This document shows positions 1-11,868 of a DNA stretch of 64,000 nt, in pieces. The translations under genes were made by a program, and so were the position numbers. The notes beneath the pieces are model-generated. The model saw nothing but the letters and a program-made list of their open reading frames with translations. It had not been told where the DNA came from and did not search any database. Source of the stretch: Macrostomum lignano (Eukaryota); assembly GCA_002269645.1 (NCBI GenBank), contig NIVC01001831.1, forward strand, positions 62,001 to 126,000. The letters run 5' to 3'. How positions within the stretch are numbered: the first letter of the stretch is position 1; the number at the start of each line of letters is the position of its first letter.

Positions 1-1321
1 GTTTTGTTTCCAGCTGGAGTCCAGCACCGTACGCTGCTCTGTAGCTCCGTACGGAGTGTCGCAGTTCATGTCGCCATAGTTAATTGAGCATTTATTGCTG
101 CGCTGGAACGGGAAGTACAGCTCCATGTTGTCCACGGAGTTCTCGGTCGTGTAGATGCCGAATTTGAAGCTGGAAGTTAAACACGAAAAATACAATTAAA
201 AATCTTGACAAACTGAGCTAATCAATTGGTATGGAATAGTCAAGAATAGAGAGGTATTTCTTGGCACACAAATTAGAAAGAAGTCAACAGAATGCCCAAC
301 TCACCGCTGTTTGTTGTACACGAGTCGCTGGCGGTATTCGGGAAACCAGCGCTCCAGCATGGTGTTGCAGATCTTCACCATGGTGTAGTCTGGGCCCTGG
401 ATCTGCACAATCAGATATTTGATCCATTTAAACTTGCCAACCTGCTTGTTTAGGATTCGGTTTGTTATGAGGATGCCGCACTTTGATTTTCGAGAGCATT
501 TTTTAATGATGGCAGAGTATTGCGGCTTCAGCAGGTTGAGATTCTCGTCTGCGGAAGAAAGTGGATGCAACAAGACTGATTACTTCGGTTTGGATTCATT
601 CATACGAATTAAGAGACTTGTGTCTGAGCCCTGAGGTGATTTTGTTTCCTAGATATGCATTCAGCCATCTAAACAAGTTTTGAGCACCTTTCAGGAACAG
701 CAGGTACTCGCAGACAACTGGCTTGTTCTGCTGGTGCCACTTGGCAATGTTCTGGCCAAGCTCAACGGCAAACTTGTGCTGCACCCGCTCATCGCTCGTC
801 AGGTTCCCCGACTCGTCGCGTGGCGGAAAGGTCTCGCGCTGGTCAGCGGCGGTCACATGCTCCCAGTAGGGTCCGAGCAGGTTGTTGTCTGTTGAGGTGA
901 AGGGGCGCAGTTATCTTGTTCTGGCAGGTTGACTGTTCGTTTCAATTAATTTAATTTAATTAATATCAGTGTAACTTTTACCCTTAACTTTAGCTTTTGC
1001 ATCGCTGGCAATCGTTTTAATTGCAATTGCAATTCACTAAAATACAATGGAACCCCGGAAATCCCAGAAAGCAAACCTACCTGAGGTGAACATTCGCAGG
1101 TTCCTCGGATCATTGAGCTTCTTGTCCAGAAACGCCTGCTTCCTTGCAGCCTTGGCCGCTGCCTCATCATTGCCCGCGGCGGCGCTGTTATTCGCTGGCG
1201 GCTGTTGGTCTTCCTGGATGAGGGCCGAGCCCTGGGCGTTGTTGTTGCCCTGAGAGTTCAGGCGATGGCATTGCTGCAGCTCCTGCTGGTCCAGTGGCAT
1301 GTTTTGAGCGTTCAGCTCCAT
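1..1321 (-). CDS. Unknown protein, exons 1081-1321, 688-888, 305-548, 1-169 (continues beyond window); possible degenerate KH-like domain
   Basis: GT-AG introns with consistent phases (1,1,2) join the ORF fragments into one open frame: MELNAQ...RMFTS-DNNLLGPYWEH...EYLLFLK-DENLNLLKPQYSAIIKKCSRKSKCGILI...VQIQGPDYTMVKICNTMLERWFPEYRQRLVYNKQR-FKFGIYTTENSV. KH similarity is pattern recognition only. Confidence 0.75.
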
Positions 1322-1747
1322 TTTTAAGCAGGCACAGACAGCTTGGCTGGATTTGGGTCTTTCGGTGCTTCAATTCGGTATCAAGTGAATTGCGATTAAG
1401 TGCCAACTGTTTCTTCGGCTTGACTTGAAAGACGGGGCATTGACTGACTTCAATCACATAGACATGCGCGCAGCCTCCCTCCCGGACCAAACAGCGTTCA
1501 GGCGTTCGGGCCATAGACAGCGATATACTTGAAGTATTTAAGCTGTCTCAGCCAAGCAAAGCAACAAAAGTTTACTTTGACAATCGCACTTGCAGAGTTG
1601 TAGCTAGAAGATAAATATGCATTTTTAGGAAGCTGTTTGCATCGACCCTGAAGAAGGCATTTTTCATCTCATAAAGCATAGAGAAAACGATTTCCCGGGA
1701 TAATATTAAATAAGGTGAAAGCTAAAAAACGAAAAAAAAATACAAGG

Positions 1748-2195
1748 CCTGGTCTGGTCTGGTCTGGTCTGGTCTGGTCTGGTCTGGTCTGGTCTGGTCT
1801 GGTCTGGTCTGGTCTGGTCTGGTCTGGTCTGGTCTGGTCTGGTCTGGTCTGGTCTGGTCTGGTCTGGTCTGGTCTGGTCTGGTCTGGTCTGGTCTGGTCT
1901 GGTCTGGTCTGGTCTGGTCTGATCTGGTCTGGTCTGATCTGGTCTGGTCTGGTCTGGTCTGGTCTGGTCTGGTCTGGTCTGGTCTGGTCTGGCCTGGTCT
2001 GGTCTGGTCTGGTCTGGTCTGGTCTGGTCTGGTCTGATCTGGTCTGGTCTGGTCTGATCTGGTCTGGTCTGGTCTGGTCTGGTCTGGTCTGGTCTGGTCT
2101 GGTCTGGCCTGGTCTGGTCTGGTCTGGTCTGGTCTGGTCTGGTCTGGTCTGGTCTGGTCTGGTCTGGTCTGGTCTGGTCTGGTCTGGTCTGGTCT
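1748..2195. repeat. (GGTCT)n / (CCAGA)n pentanucleotide microsatellite
   Basis: Directly visible, about 90 units; source of the spurious DQTRP/GLVWS ORFs. Confidence 0.99.
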
Positions 2196-2989
2196 TCCAC
2201 TAGATACTCCAGGTGGAACCAGTCAGGGAGACATGGCACATCCACAGTGGCATCGTTCATTCATCCGTGGGCTGTCCCACCAAAAAGCAAGTTGAGTCTC
2301 GTCCGATTTTTCATTTATGCAGAACGGATAGGCGACTTTCAGAGCGCCTTCTCACACAATTTGGCATGATTTCAATCTTGGCTCAATCGGTTTTGTTGAT
2401 TTTAATTTTAAAGTTGAATAAATTCTCCAAAAGCAGAACTTTATAGTTTTCAGGGCCGCAGTTCATCTTTAGTAGTTCACCTTACCATACGAGCAACGGC
2501 TGCGTGGCTGCGCGCCTCAAGCCAGATTTTCTAGCCTGGCCAAAGCATGGCAATATTGTTTATAAGCCTGACCCATTTCACACAAGAAGCACGCTCTTGC
2601 ACTGCCTTGGAGACTGTGTCTGACTCTCTCATCTCTCAGCCCCATTTTCCTGGCTCAGTGCTCGCACGACCTGTACAGGCTCGTAGTAACTCTGCAGACT
2701 GTGGGTGTGTAGGACTGCCAATTTTGCTTTCTTGAGCGTTTTTAGAATGTACATACTTTGTCCAAAGACAGACAGCTTTGACTCGGAACTCTGGCTGAGT
2801 AATGTCAACTGACTATAGAACAGCTTTCTCGATCCGGTGCTGAAACCTTGCAAGGTTGCGCCAGGTCTAAGCCAGATTTAGAAGACTTCTGAGGATCGAT
2901 GAGGTAAGCAGATCTTGCCATAAGACTTACCAGATCCGCTACGTAAAAAAGCTTAGAAACTTTGACAGAGCCAACCGCGCCTCTGCAGA

Positions 2990-5870
2990 ATGGAGACTGG
3001 CTTCAAGCGTCGGAACTTGAAGATTCTGGGCTCTCTGCTGATTGCCGCAGTTGTTGGGGTAAGAAGCTTGAGCGAAAGTAAAAGCGACTGGTTACTCAGT
3101 TGACTGAGTTATTGAGTAAACTGGATTACGTACTTTTCAGACTTTGCTCTCAGGTGTGCTCAAACAGTGCACTAGTTCAAACTGTACTGTCAAAAGATCG
3201 CAAGTTCTGGGCTACAAAGCAATGTCCAAAGCACAATCGGTCCTCAAAAACGTTTCCTCTGTGCCAAAAATTCTTCACCAAGTGTTCGCAAGCGAGCGAG
3301 TCTATGCAAACTACTTGCCCTTTGTCAACAGCTGCCTTAGCCGCAACCCTGACTGGCAGTACTACCTGTGGACCGACAAGACAGCCGAGAAGCTCATTGT
3401 CGATCGGTACCCGGAGTTCCTGGCCAAATACAAGCAGTACACCGACAACTTGGAGAAGGCCGATTCTATCCGGTACATCGTGCTTCATCATATGGGCGGT
3501 GAGTGCTAAGCCGCTCGAAGGGTCCCACAGTACTCGTAACTTCGTTCAGAGAAATGCTCATTGAGGAAGGAGTATAGCTATATTAGCAGTATGTGAAGTA
3601 TGTCCCCATGTGTATGCATGCACTGAATCGCTCAAACAGGCATTTACCTGGACATGGACGTCGAATGCATCAGGCCATTTTTCCCGGCTCTGGAGGGTAT
3701 CCAGGCCTTCCTCGACCAGGAGCGGCCGGAGCAGACCAACATTGGCCTGGCCCAGCGCTACTCGGCCATGAACTCGGCCATGGGCGCCCGGCCGGGCCAT
3801 CCGTTCTTCCGGCACGTCATCGACCAGCTGCGGGCCGGGACTCGAGTCGGCGAAGCGCTGCGAACCACCGGCCCGCTGGCGCTGACCTCCGCACTCGAGT
3901 CCTACAGGCGAGTTGGAGCGGCTGCCGGCGTGAAACTCCTCGATCCCAAGGTCTTTTCTCCGCTGATGGTCGACATGAACAAATGGAAGAAGAGATGTCG
4001 ACGTCTTCGTAAGTGTCGTGATTGTGGTCGGTTTGGGACCCTGCGGAATAACAAGTGTAGAATAAAAAGTGCGGAATAACAAGTGCAGAATAACAAGTGA
4101 AGAATAACAAGTGTAGAATAACAAGTGCAGAATAAGTAACAAGTGTAGAATAACAAGTGCAGAATAACAAGTGCGGAATAACAAGTGCAGAATAACAAGT
4201 GTGGAATAACAAGTGCAGAATAACAAGTGCAGAATAACAAGTGCAGAATAACAAGTGTAGAATAACAAGTGCAGAATAAGTAACAAGTGTAGAATAACAA
4301 GTGCAGAATAACAAGTGTAGAATAACAAGTGCAGAATAACAAGTGCAGAATAAAAAGTGCAGAATAACAAGTGCAGAATAACAAGTGCAGAATAACAAGT
4401 GAGGAATAACAAGTGCGGAATAACAAGTGCAGAATAACAAGTACAGAATAACAAGTACAGAATAACAAGTGCGGAATAACAAGTGCGGAATAACAAGTGC
4501 GGAATAACAAGTGCGGAATAACAAGTGCAGAAATGCTTTACACATGTGAACAGCTACATGTTAGCCCAGAGGACAGGGAAAACAAATTAATGTGAAAACT
4601 TGAACTCGAACATATTGCTGATCACGAGCGAGGCTTCAACAATTTTGTGTGCGAGTTTGTGCCAAAGAATAATTGCAGAGCTCCAAAAGCGTCTGGAACA
4701 GAAGTCTCCAAAGGGGGTCGCCATAGATTTTATTGTGGGGGGACAAAGCGAGAAATCTACATGAATAAACTCCTTCATTATTTAAGGAATAGGTGGTGTT
4801 GTTAGCATTCAATTTGGCCACACAGACAGGCACTCATTTTGGCGCCACAGACAGGCACTCATTTTGGCGCCACAGACAGGCACTCATTTTGGCGCCACAG
4901 ACAGGCACTCATTTTGGCGCCACAAACAGGCACTCATTTTGGCGCCACAGACAGGCACTCATTTTGGCGCCACAGACAGGCACTCATTTTGGCGCCACAG
5001 ACAGGCACTCACTTTGACACCACAGACAGGCACTCATTTTGGCGCCACAGACAGGCACTCATTTTGGCGCCACAGACAGGCACTCATTTTGGCGCCACAG
5101 ACAGGCACTCATTTTGGCGCCACAGACAGGCACTCATTTTGACACCACAGACAGGCACTCATTTTGGCGCCACAAACAGGCACTCATTTTGGCGCCACAG
5201 ACAGGCACTCATTTTGGCGCCACAAACAGGCACTCATTTTGGCGCCACAGACAGGCGCTCACTTTGGCGCCACAGACAGGCACTCATTTTGGCGCCACAG
5301 ACAGGCACTCATTTTGGCGCCACAGACAGGCACTCATTTTGGCGCCAAGCGCACAATGCTTTGGTGCCCTGAAGTATAATTATTGATTTCCATAACAGGT
5401 GAAAAGGTGGGGCGAGGGACAAAGCATTGGCATGTCCCCCATAGCTTTTACTGGGGTTTTGGCTGGGATTTTCAAGACTCTTGTATTACGAGAATAGATT
5501 TTTTGTGAAACAATTTTCGAATCCATTCTAGACTTTAACAAGAACAGGCCGGATTATTATTATTTCTTTTTTAAGGTCTTACTGTAAGTAGGCTGAAACA
5601 CATTTTTATCGACCGCAGATAATTTTAATTTCATTGCCAGTTTTGTCCGCCAAGTGGTCGAGCTCTTCTCGCTGGTCGCTGCAGCAGCGCGGCTGCGTCC
5701 TGCTCCAGGCCAAGGGGTGGCGCGCGGACGACAGCAACGGCAGCACTATCGGGCTGCACCGCTTCCTGCACCTCGGCTACGACTGGATCGCCGGCAAGCA
5801 GCGACTGCCGCCCGTCAGCCTGACGAAGGCCTTTCCGGGCAGAGTGAAATTCTACGGCGGGTCTGCGTGA
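2990..5870 (+). CDS. Glycosyltransferase family 32 (Gly_transf_sug, SUR1/CSH1/OCH1-type DxD enzyme), type II membrane protein, paralog 1 (~341 aa)
   Basis: join(2990-3058,3141-3498,3640-4008,5641-5870), phases 0,1,1, GT-AG. N-terminal anchor METGFKRRNLKILGSLLIAAVVG; motifs VPKILHQ, NPDWQYYLWTD, ADSIRYIVLHHMGGIYLDMD (DxD), NSAMGARPGHPFF, TTGP, HRFLHLGYDW. Confidence 0.9.
4045..4530. repeat. 14-bp minisatellite (AATAACAAGTGCAG)n in intron 3 of GT32-1
   Basis: Directly visible tandem units. Confidence 0.95.
4815..5346. repeat. 25-bp minisatellite (ATTTTGGCGCCACAGACAGGCACTC)n in intron 3 of GT32-1
   Basis: About 21 tandem units. Confidence 0.95.
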
Positions 5871-6454
5871 GGCGACTCTCGCAAACTTGAAATGTCAGCT
5901 CGCGTGCTGGCGACTCAGAAGACAGATTGTCGATTCAAAGCCCGTTCGGCCAGTCGCTGCCGAAATTCAACTTAAAGTTTCATGAGAATGTGTACATACG
6001 GTACGAGCGTATTACTCATTTGACCCGCTAGGCTGCAGACGGATGCAATTTGCTCTTCGCAGCTTTTTTGCTTTTTTTAGACTCAGACGCCATTTTAGCG
6101 ACTTGATTTCTAATATCAGATAACTCCTTAACCTTATGATTACCAGTGGCATGCTGTGCATGCCATCGTTCATTCTGTCAATTGACCATAGACAGATTTG
6201 AAGTCGGTGGGAAAGTGAGTTTAGACATAATCATTGTCAAAAATCAGCCTTTAGGATAATGCAATCGTCTATGGTTAAACCATGAGCACATTTATTTATT
6301 TTTTCACTTAAACTTCATGATAATGATTTCAAACTCGGGATAATGGACACCTATTTTAGAACAAAACAGCAAACACCAACAACAAAAGATTAGCGCTATG
6401 GAAAGTTAATTGTGCAGTATCAATATGACGCAATTGTCATAGTGCCGAAGACCA

Positions 6455-6933
6455 TTACAGATTGCAATTGTTGAAAGTGCAGTTGTTCATAATAAAGATA
6501 TTCCGACCGTTCTGAATCTGACGACCATCAGACACGCTCACTGCTTCTTGCGCGATGGAACTTTGGATGCTGATGTCAGCAGGCATTGTTACTTGACCGT
6601 GGGTCGCGGCGCTTTGTCCCATGTTCAACGCACGCGACACTGCATCGCTGCATTGTTGCAGGGACTTGTCCCGTTTAACTGCCAGGTAGCGCCGGACCCT
6701 GCTCTCGGACTTTTGACCCGTGATAGCCATGATCTCGCTCATCGAATGCCCAGCCGATTCCAGGTCTCAAGAAAGTGCAAGAAGTTCAAAAAGTCTTCGT
6801 TATCCTTCATGTCCTTCTGAGATGTGGAAAGTCTTGAGATCCAATTGAGTTCGCTGCTAGATACGTTGGCTAAACTTTCGACAGGCAGATTGCCCCAGTT
6901 GATCGGATATGACGTCTGGTTCTCCATGGCCAA
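6455..6933 (-). pseudogene. Tyrosine-recombinase (Crypton/DUF3504-like) C-terminal remnant, split by a 1-nt frameshift near 6744
   Basis: Joined reading NRLGI(P)MSEIMAITGQKSESRVRRY matches the YR box G..EIM..TGHKS..S...Y with the catalytic Tyr retained and His replaced by Gln; ends with the NNCTFNNC tail seen in Crypton-derived proteins. The R-K-H-R core is absent. Confidence 0.6.
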
Positions 6934-7574
6934 GCGAATGTAGCTATTTACGTTTTATTCTCTCTTTCTCTCCACATCTCCTTCCTTTCCACCCTCTTAA
7001 CACCCAGCCTGTTTGCAACTTCGTTGTCTATGGCCCAAACTCCAGTAAACCACCTCAGTCTTTATGTCTCTCTCTCCTCGGTAACCCCTCTCTCCTTTCG
7101 ATGCCCTTTTTGTTTATGGCCCCACTGAAATTCGACAATGCGGTTATTCGTAAGTGAGACTTTAGGATAATAGTCCGGCTCATGAGGCTGTCGCTGGCTT
7201 GCTTGTGTTGCAATTTATGTTTGAGGAAAAAGACGATTTGTTAGCTAAATTCATAATTGTGCCTGCGTGTCTGCTATCAGTGCTAATGTTAGGACAAATT
7301 ATTTAGGCTCATGGGCCGGACTATTATCCTAAAGTCTCACTTACGAATAACCAACCATTGTCTGACTCAACCAGATGGAATGCTATGCATGCCAAGGTCA
7401 AAAACTGCTTGTATTGTCATATTGCGTCGCAGTGTAACGAAACAAATAGAAAACAACATACATTGTATGTACAAAAGTAAATCTTAAGAACATAAAGGCA
7501 AATGAAGCTGCATGCAAGTGAATGGAAAGAATGCTAGCAACAGTTCGATTGCAGTTTCAGCAAAGCGCCAGCAA

Positions 7575-9325
7575 TCAGTTAGCCGAGTGCCACTCAAAGA
7601 AGCACGGCTCAAGGCAAAGCCCAGGCTGACCGTCACAACCTTGGCAGAAGTAGACGGTCCGCTTTTTCAGTCTGCGCTGCAGGTAACAAATCGGCAACGC
7701 TTGGTAGGCCGTTCTTGTGCTGCGGTAGCGGGTAGCTTTTCCAGCCGGTGATGAATGTCGCCTGGCTGACGGGGAAGAGCCTGACGCTTAACTCTGAATC
7801 GACCATTTCCACTGCTTTCAATCAAGTGCTTTACACACCTTTCAGTGTAGTTGAGAAAGCTCATGGATCTACCTAGATGTCGGTACACAATCCAGGAGTT
7901 GCGAACCAGTTGCTGTAGCAGAAAAACCGCCAGCTTTACGAACTATTTTTGCGTTCGGCGACATGCGCTGTAAGGCTGGGCTGCGGCATCCATCCGATCC
8001 ACACCTCCCATGTTCTGATTATATTGCAAAACCGAGTTGGGCTTCAGCAGCTGTTGCTCCACACCACCGCGCAGTACCCGGCTAACCAAAGAGCTAGCAG
8101 CTGTTGAAGCGGAGTCCAACAGATAGACAGTCTTTGTTCCTGAGCTTCGCCTGTCAACCAGCTTCACAGCGAGGATGTCACCATGTCGGGCAAAGGAATG
8201 ACTCGATGGTTGCAAGAGCATATCTCGCAGAATCGGTGGAACGCCTCGGTCTTTGCGAACGGTCCCAGTTAAGGTTGTTCCTCTGGTCAGAAGGAACTTG
8301 GCCAGTCTCACTGATGAAAACCAACTGTCGCAAAAGACCCGATATCCAAGGTCCAAAATGTCGCGACAAAGTTCTACGACGACTCTCTCACTGATTGAGA
8401 GCTGCGGCACATCGTTGCCGAACTGTTCATTCGCAATAGTGGTTGAATGTATCAGACAGTTCCACATGTAGCCTGTAGAAGACTCTGCAAGGCAGTACAA
8501 CTTGATGCCAAACTTGGCTCTCTTGTTGGGCATGCACTGCTTAAAAATCAGCCTCCCTTTATAGAGCAGCAGCGCTTCATCAACGGCAATGCTTTGACCG
8601 GGCAGGTAGCTGTTCCTGCAAACAGTCTGGATCATGTCTAGGAAAGGCCTGATCTTGCACAAGGGATCATCAGCGTCGAAGTCAAGACAGTCATACCAAC
8701 GCAGCCATGTTGTGATTTGTTGAAACCGCGAGCGAGGAAGCATCTTCATGCTTTGAAAGTAGGGATGAAAGTAGAACGGGTCCGTGGACCAGTAAGCCGT
8801 CAGCTCCGGTTTCTGTACAACTCCGGTATATAATATAACGCCGATCACCTTCTTCATCTCAGAAACAGTGCAGGGCTTCCACGTTCTGAGCCCGTAAGGC
8901 AGTTCATCATCTCCGTGTTCTTCTTGAAACTTGGCAATATCCAGCTGCGCTCTCTTGTTTGTCCACACGCACATCTGAAGCAGCAACTCATCGGGTAGAA
9001 ACTGCTCGAAAATGGCTGTCCAGCCGTCGTCAACATCAGCAGGTACGGAGAATCCCGGATTGACTCCGTTTGCCCCGAGGAACTCGGGAAGGGAATTAGC
9101 TCGAGCATCAGTCTCTGGAGTTACTGATCTCCAATCATCGTGTATCATTCCCTGATCGTCTTCCTCCGATCCATCGCTGCCTGTTTGATCTTCGCCACCG
9201 TCCTCTCCCTCGCTCTCAGCAGTGACAAATGAGTCATCGCTCGACTCATCGCTCGATTCGCTGTCGAGGCCCAAGTTTCGCAAGGCTTGATTGGCTGCTT
9301 GCCGTCGCTGTCTGACCGCTTGCAT
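7575..9325 (-). pseudogene. piggyBac transposase (DDE_Tnp_1_7, PGBD4-like) with C-terminal Cys-rich domain; nonsense codon at 7943-7945 and a frameshift near 7689
   Basis: Acidic N-terminus; DDD triad in VDEALL, CDSWFS and GGVDRMD; KFGIKLYCL. The frame continues after TAG (likely TGG: RRTQK-W-FVKLAVFLL..NSWIVY). Adding one base restores CRFCYLQRRLKKRTVYFCQGCDGQPGLCLEPCFFEWH. Confidence 0.92.
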
Positions 9326-9954
9326 TGTTGATTTGGTAAGCTGGGGTGGTGAGCTAAGGAGGCACCAGTAAAAATTCTTGAAGTTAACTTTTCGCGCCTG
9401 TATTTTCTCTCTCTTGACTTTTTTCTAGCTTGGCCATAGACTATTCTCCAGTCAAAGATGTCACTTCTGCTGTTGAGAAAGCGTTTTCTTGCCTGTGCAT
9501 AATAAAGCAACTGTTTTGGAATTCTAAGTGTACAGCGCAGATATAAATTGTCTATGGCATGCCATCTATGGCATGTCCATATCATGCAAGATAGAAATGT
9601 GGGGAAGTAATTCTGTCGTAAACAAGTGGTTAAAAATTGCTTATTCTATTTTTACTTTTTAAGATGGGGTACGAGCTAAGGCAGCCATCTCTCCAATCAA
9701 ATTACATCTCAACTCAGAGCTCTCAGTTCATTCAGCCAAATTGAATTCTGAATGAACACCTGTTTATATATAGCTTTTGCCCACGCATCCTCCTTAGACT
9801 TGAATTTTTGTCATCTATTGAAAACAAACCCTATACCTAGCTACAAATCAGATCGAGAATCGCGAGAGCAAAGGGCTCATCTCTGTTGCTGCTTGCTAAC
9901 CATGAAACTGTGCTGCTCACGTGACATACTGCGGTAACCGTGTACTGTTCCAGG

Positions 9955-11337
9955 CACTGGGAGTGGCTGGAGGTGTCTCTGCGTGTGCACTGGGAGTGGA
10001 TGGAGGTGTCTCTGCGTGTGCACTGGGAGTGGATGGAGGTGTCTCTGCGTGTGCACTGGGAGTGGATGGAGGTGTCTCTGCGTGTGCACTGGGAGTGGAT
10101 AGAGGTGTCTCTGCGTGTGCACTGGGAGTGGATAGAGGTGTCTCTGCGTGTGCACTGGGAGTGGATGAAGGTGTCTCTGTGTGTGCACTGGGAGTGGATA
10201 GAGGTGTCTCTGCGTGTGCACTGGGAGTGGATAGAGGTGTCTCTGCGTGTGCACTGGGAGTGGATAGAGGTGTCTCTGCGTGTGCACTGGGAGTGGATGA
10301 AGGTGTCTCTGTGTGTGCACTGGGAGTGGATAGAGGTGTCTCTGCGTGTGCACTGGGAGTGGATGGAGGTGTCTCTGCGTGTGCACTGGGAGTGGATGGA
10401 TGTGTCTCTGCGTGTGCATTGGGAGTGGATGGAGGTGTCTCTGCGTGTGCACTGGGAGTGGATGGAGGTGTCTCTGCGTGTGCACTGGGAGTGGATAGAG
10501 GTGTCTCTGCGTGTGCACTGGGAGTGGATGGAGGTGTCTCTGCGTGTGCACTGGGAGTGGATGGATGTGTCTCTGCGTGTGCATTGGGAGTGGATGGAGG
10601 TGTCTCTGCGTGTGCACTGGGAGTGGATGGCAGGTGTCTGTGTGTGCACTGGGAGTGGATGGAGGTGTCTCTGTGTGTGCACTGGGAGTGGATGGCAGGT
10701 GTCTGTGTGTGCACTGGGAGTGGATGGCAGGTGTCTGTGTGTGCACTGGGAGTGGATGGCAGGTGTCTGTGTGTGCACTGGGAGTGGATGGCAGGTGTCT
10801 GTGTGTGCACTGGGAGTGGATGGCAGGTGTCTGTGTGTGCACTGGGAGTGGATGGCAGGTGTCTGTGTGTGCACTGGGAGTGGATGGCAGGTGTCTCTGT
10901 TTGCACTGGGAGTGGATGGAGGTGTCTCTGCGTGTGCACTGGGAGTGGATGGAGGTGTCTGTGTGTGCACTGGGAGTGGATGGAGGTGTCTCTGTGTGTG
11001 CACTGGGAGTGGATGGCAGGTGTCTGTGTGTGCACTGGGAGTGGATGGAGGTGTCTCTGTGTGTGCATTGGGAGTGGATGGAGGTGTCTCTGCGTGTGCA
11101 CTGGGAGTGGATGGCAGGTGTCTGTGTGTGCACTGGGAGTGGATGGAGGTGTCTCTGTGTGTGCACTGGGAGTGGATGGCAGGTGTCTGTGTGTGCACTG
11201 GGAGTGGATGGAGGTGTCTCTGTGTGTGCATTGGGAGTGGATGGAGGTGTCTCTGCGTGTGCACTGGGAGTGGATGGCAGGTGTCTGTGTGTGCACTGGG
11301 AGTGGATGGAGGTGTCTCTGTGTGTGCACTGGGAGTG
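9955..11337. repeat. 32/33-bp minisatellite (GTGCACTGGGAGTGGATGGAGGTGTCTCTGCGT)n
   Basis: About 42 units; the 33-bp variant dominates the left half and a 32-bp variant the right half. Confidence 0.97.
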
Positions 11338-11868
11338 GCTGTTCCGAATGAAAAGGAAAAATCATTAAAATTGCGGCAGTATTTCTGGTGCTTTCTAGAC
11401 CCATGCTGTGAGCTGATTTGAATAGGTGTTATGGAAAGCTAGGATGCTGCATTGGGGAGCGGAAAAGTGACTGTGCAGTATTCCTGCACTTCATTCTATT
11501 TCAATCTGACTGTACGCTGTTGGTGTGTAAGAGATTTTCTGTGTGGAAGAGAACTTACTAGGGTGAGCGCATCTAGCTTTGCTGAGTCAGGGAAGGGATT
11601 TCCTGGCAAGGTTGCTAATGGGAGCATATTGTGTCGATATAAGGCCTTTCAGCAGCACAGCACTCCCCAGCCAAGAGTGCGCAGGCAGTCATAGCGATTG
11701 GGGAGTGTGCTGGTGGGAGGTGGAGGCTTATTGAGTGTCAAAGTAGAGCTTAAACTTGCGAGTTAATTCCGACTCACCCTCCGAGCAGCCTCACCCTAAG
11801 CGCAGAAGTCTGAGTCTCATCTCAATTGTGGTTCTAGTCAAGAAAAGATTTCTAACGGCTTTGGCAAG

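Larger units (their letters stand above)
6132..9629 (-). mobile_element. Putative piggyBac DNA transposon (boundaries tentative), TTAA-flanked
   Basis: TTAA at 6128-6131 and 9630-9633; ends CCTTATGATTAC versus (reverse complement) CCACTTGTTTAC, 8/12 identical; mirrored subterminal GCATGCCAT and CCATAGAC..GTCTATGG motifs; contains the transposase pseudogene. Confidence 0.55.

Noticed and set aside
9837-11421. Long ORFs in all frames over tandem arrays (also 1706-2260, 3558-4545, 25522-26416, 29119-30684, 32628-33566, 47255-49770, 51432-54378 and others)
   Set aside because: The repeat units lack stop codons; the translations are periodic and most overlap introns of well-supported genes.
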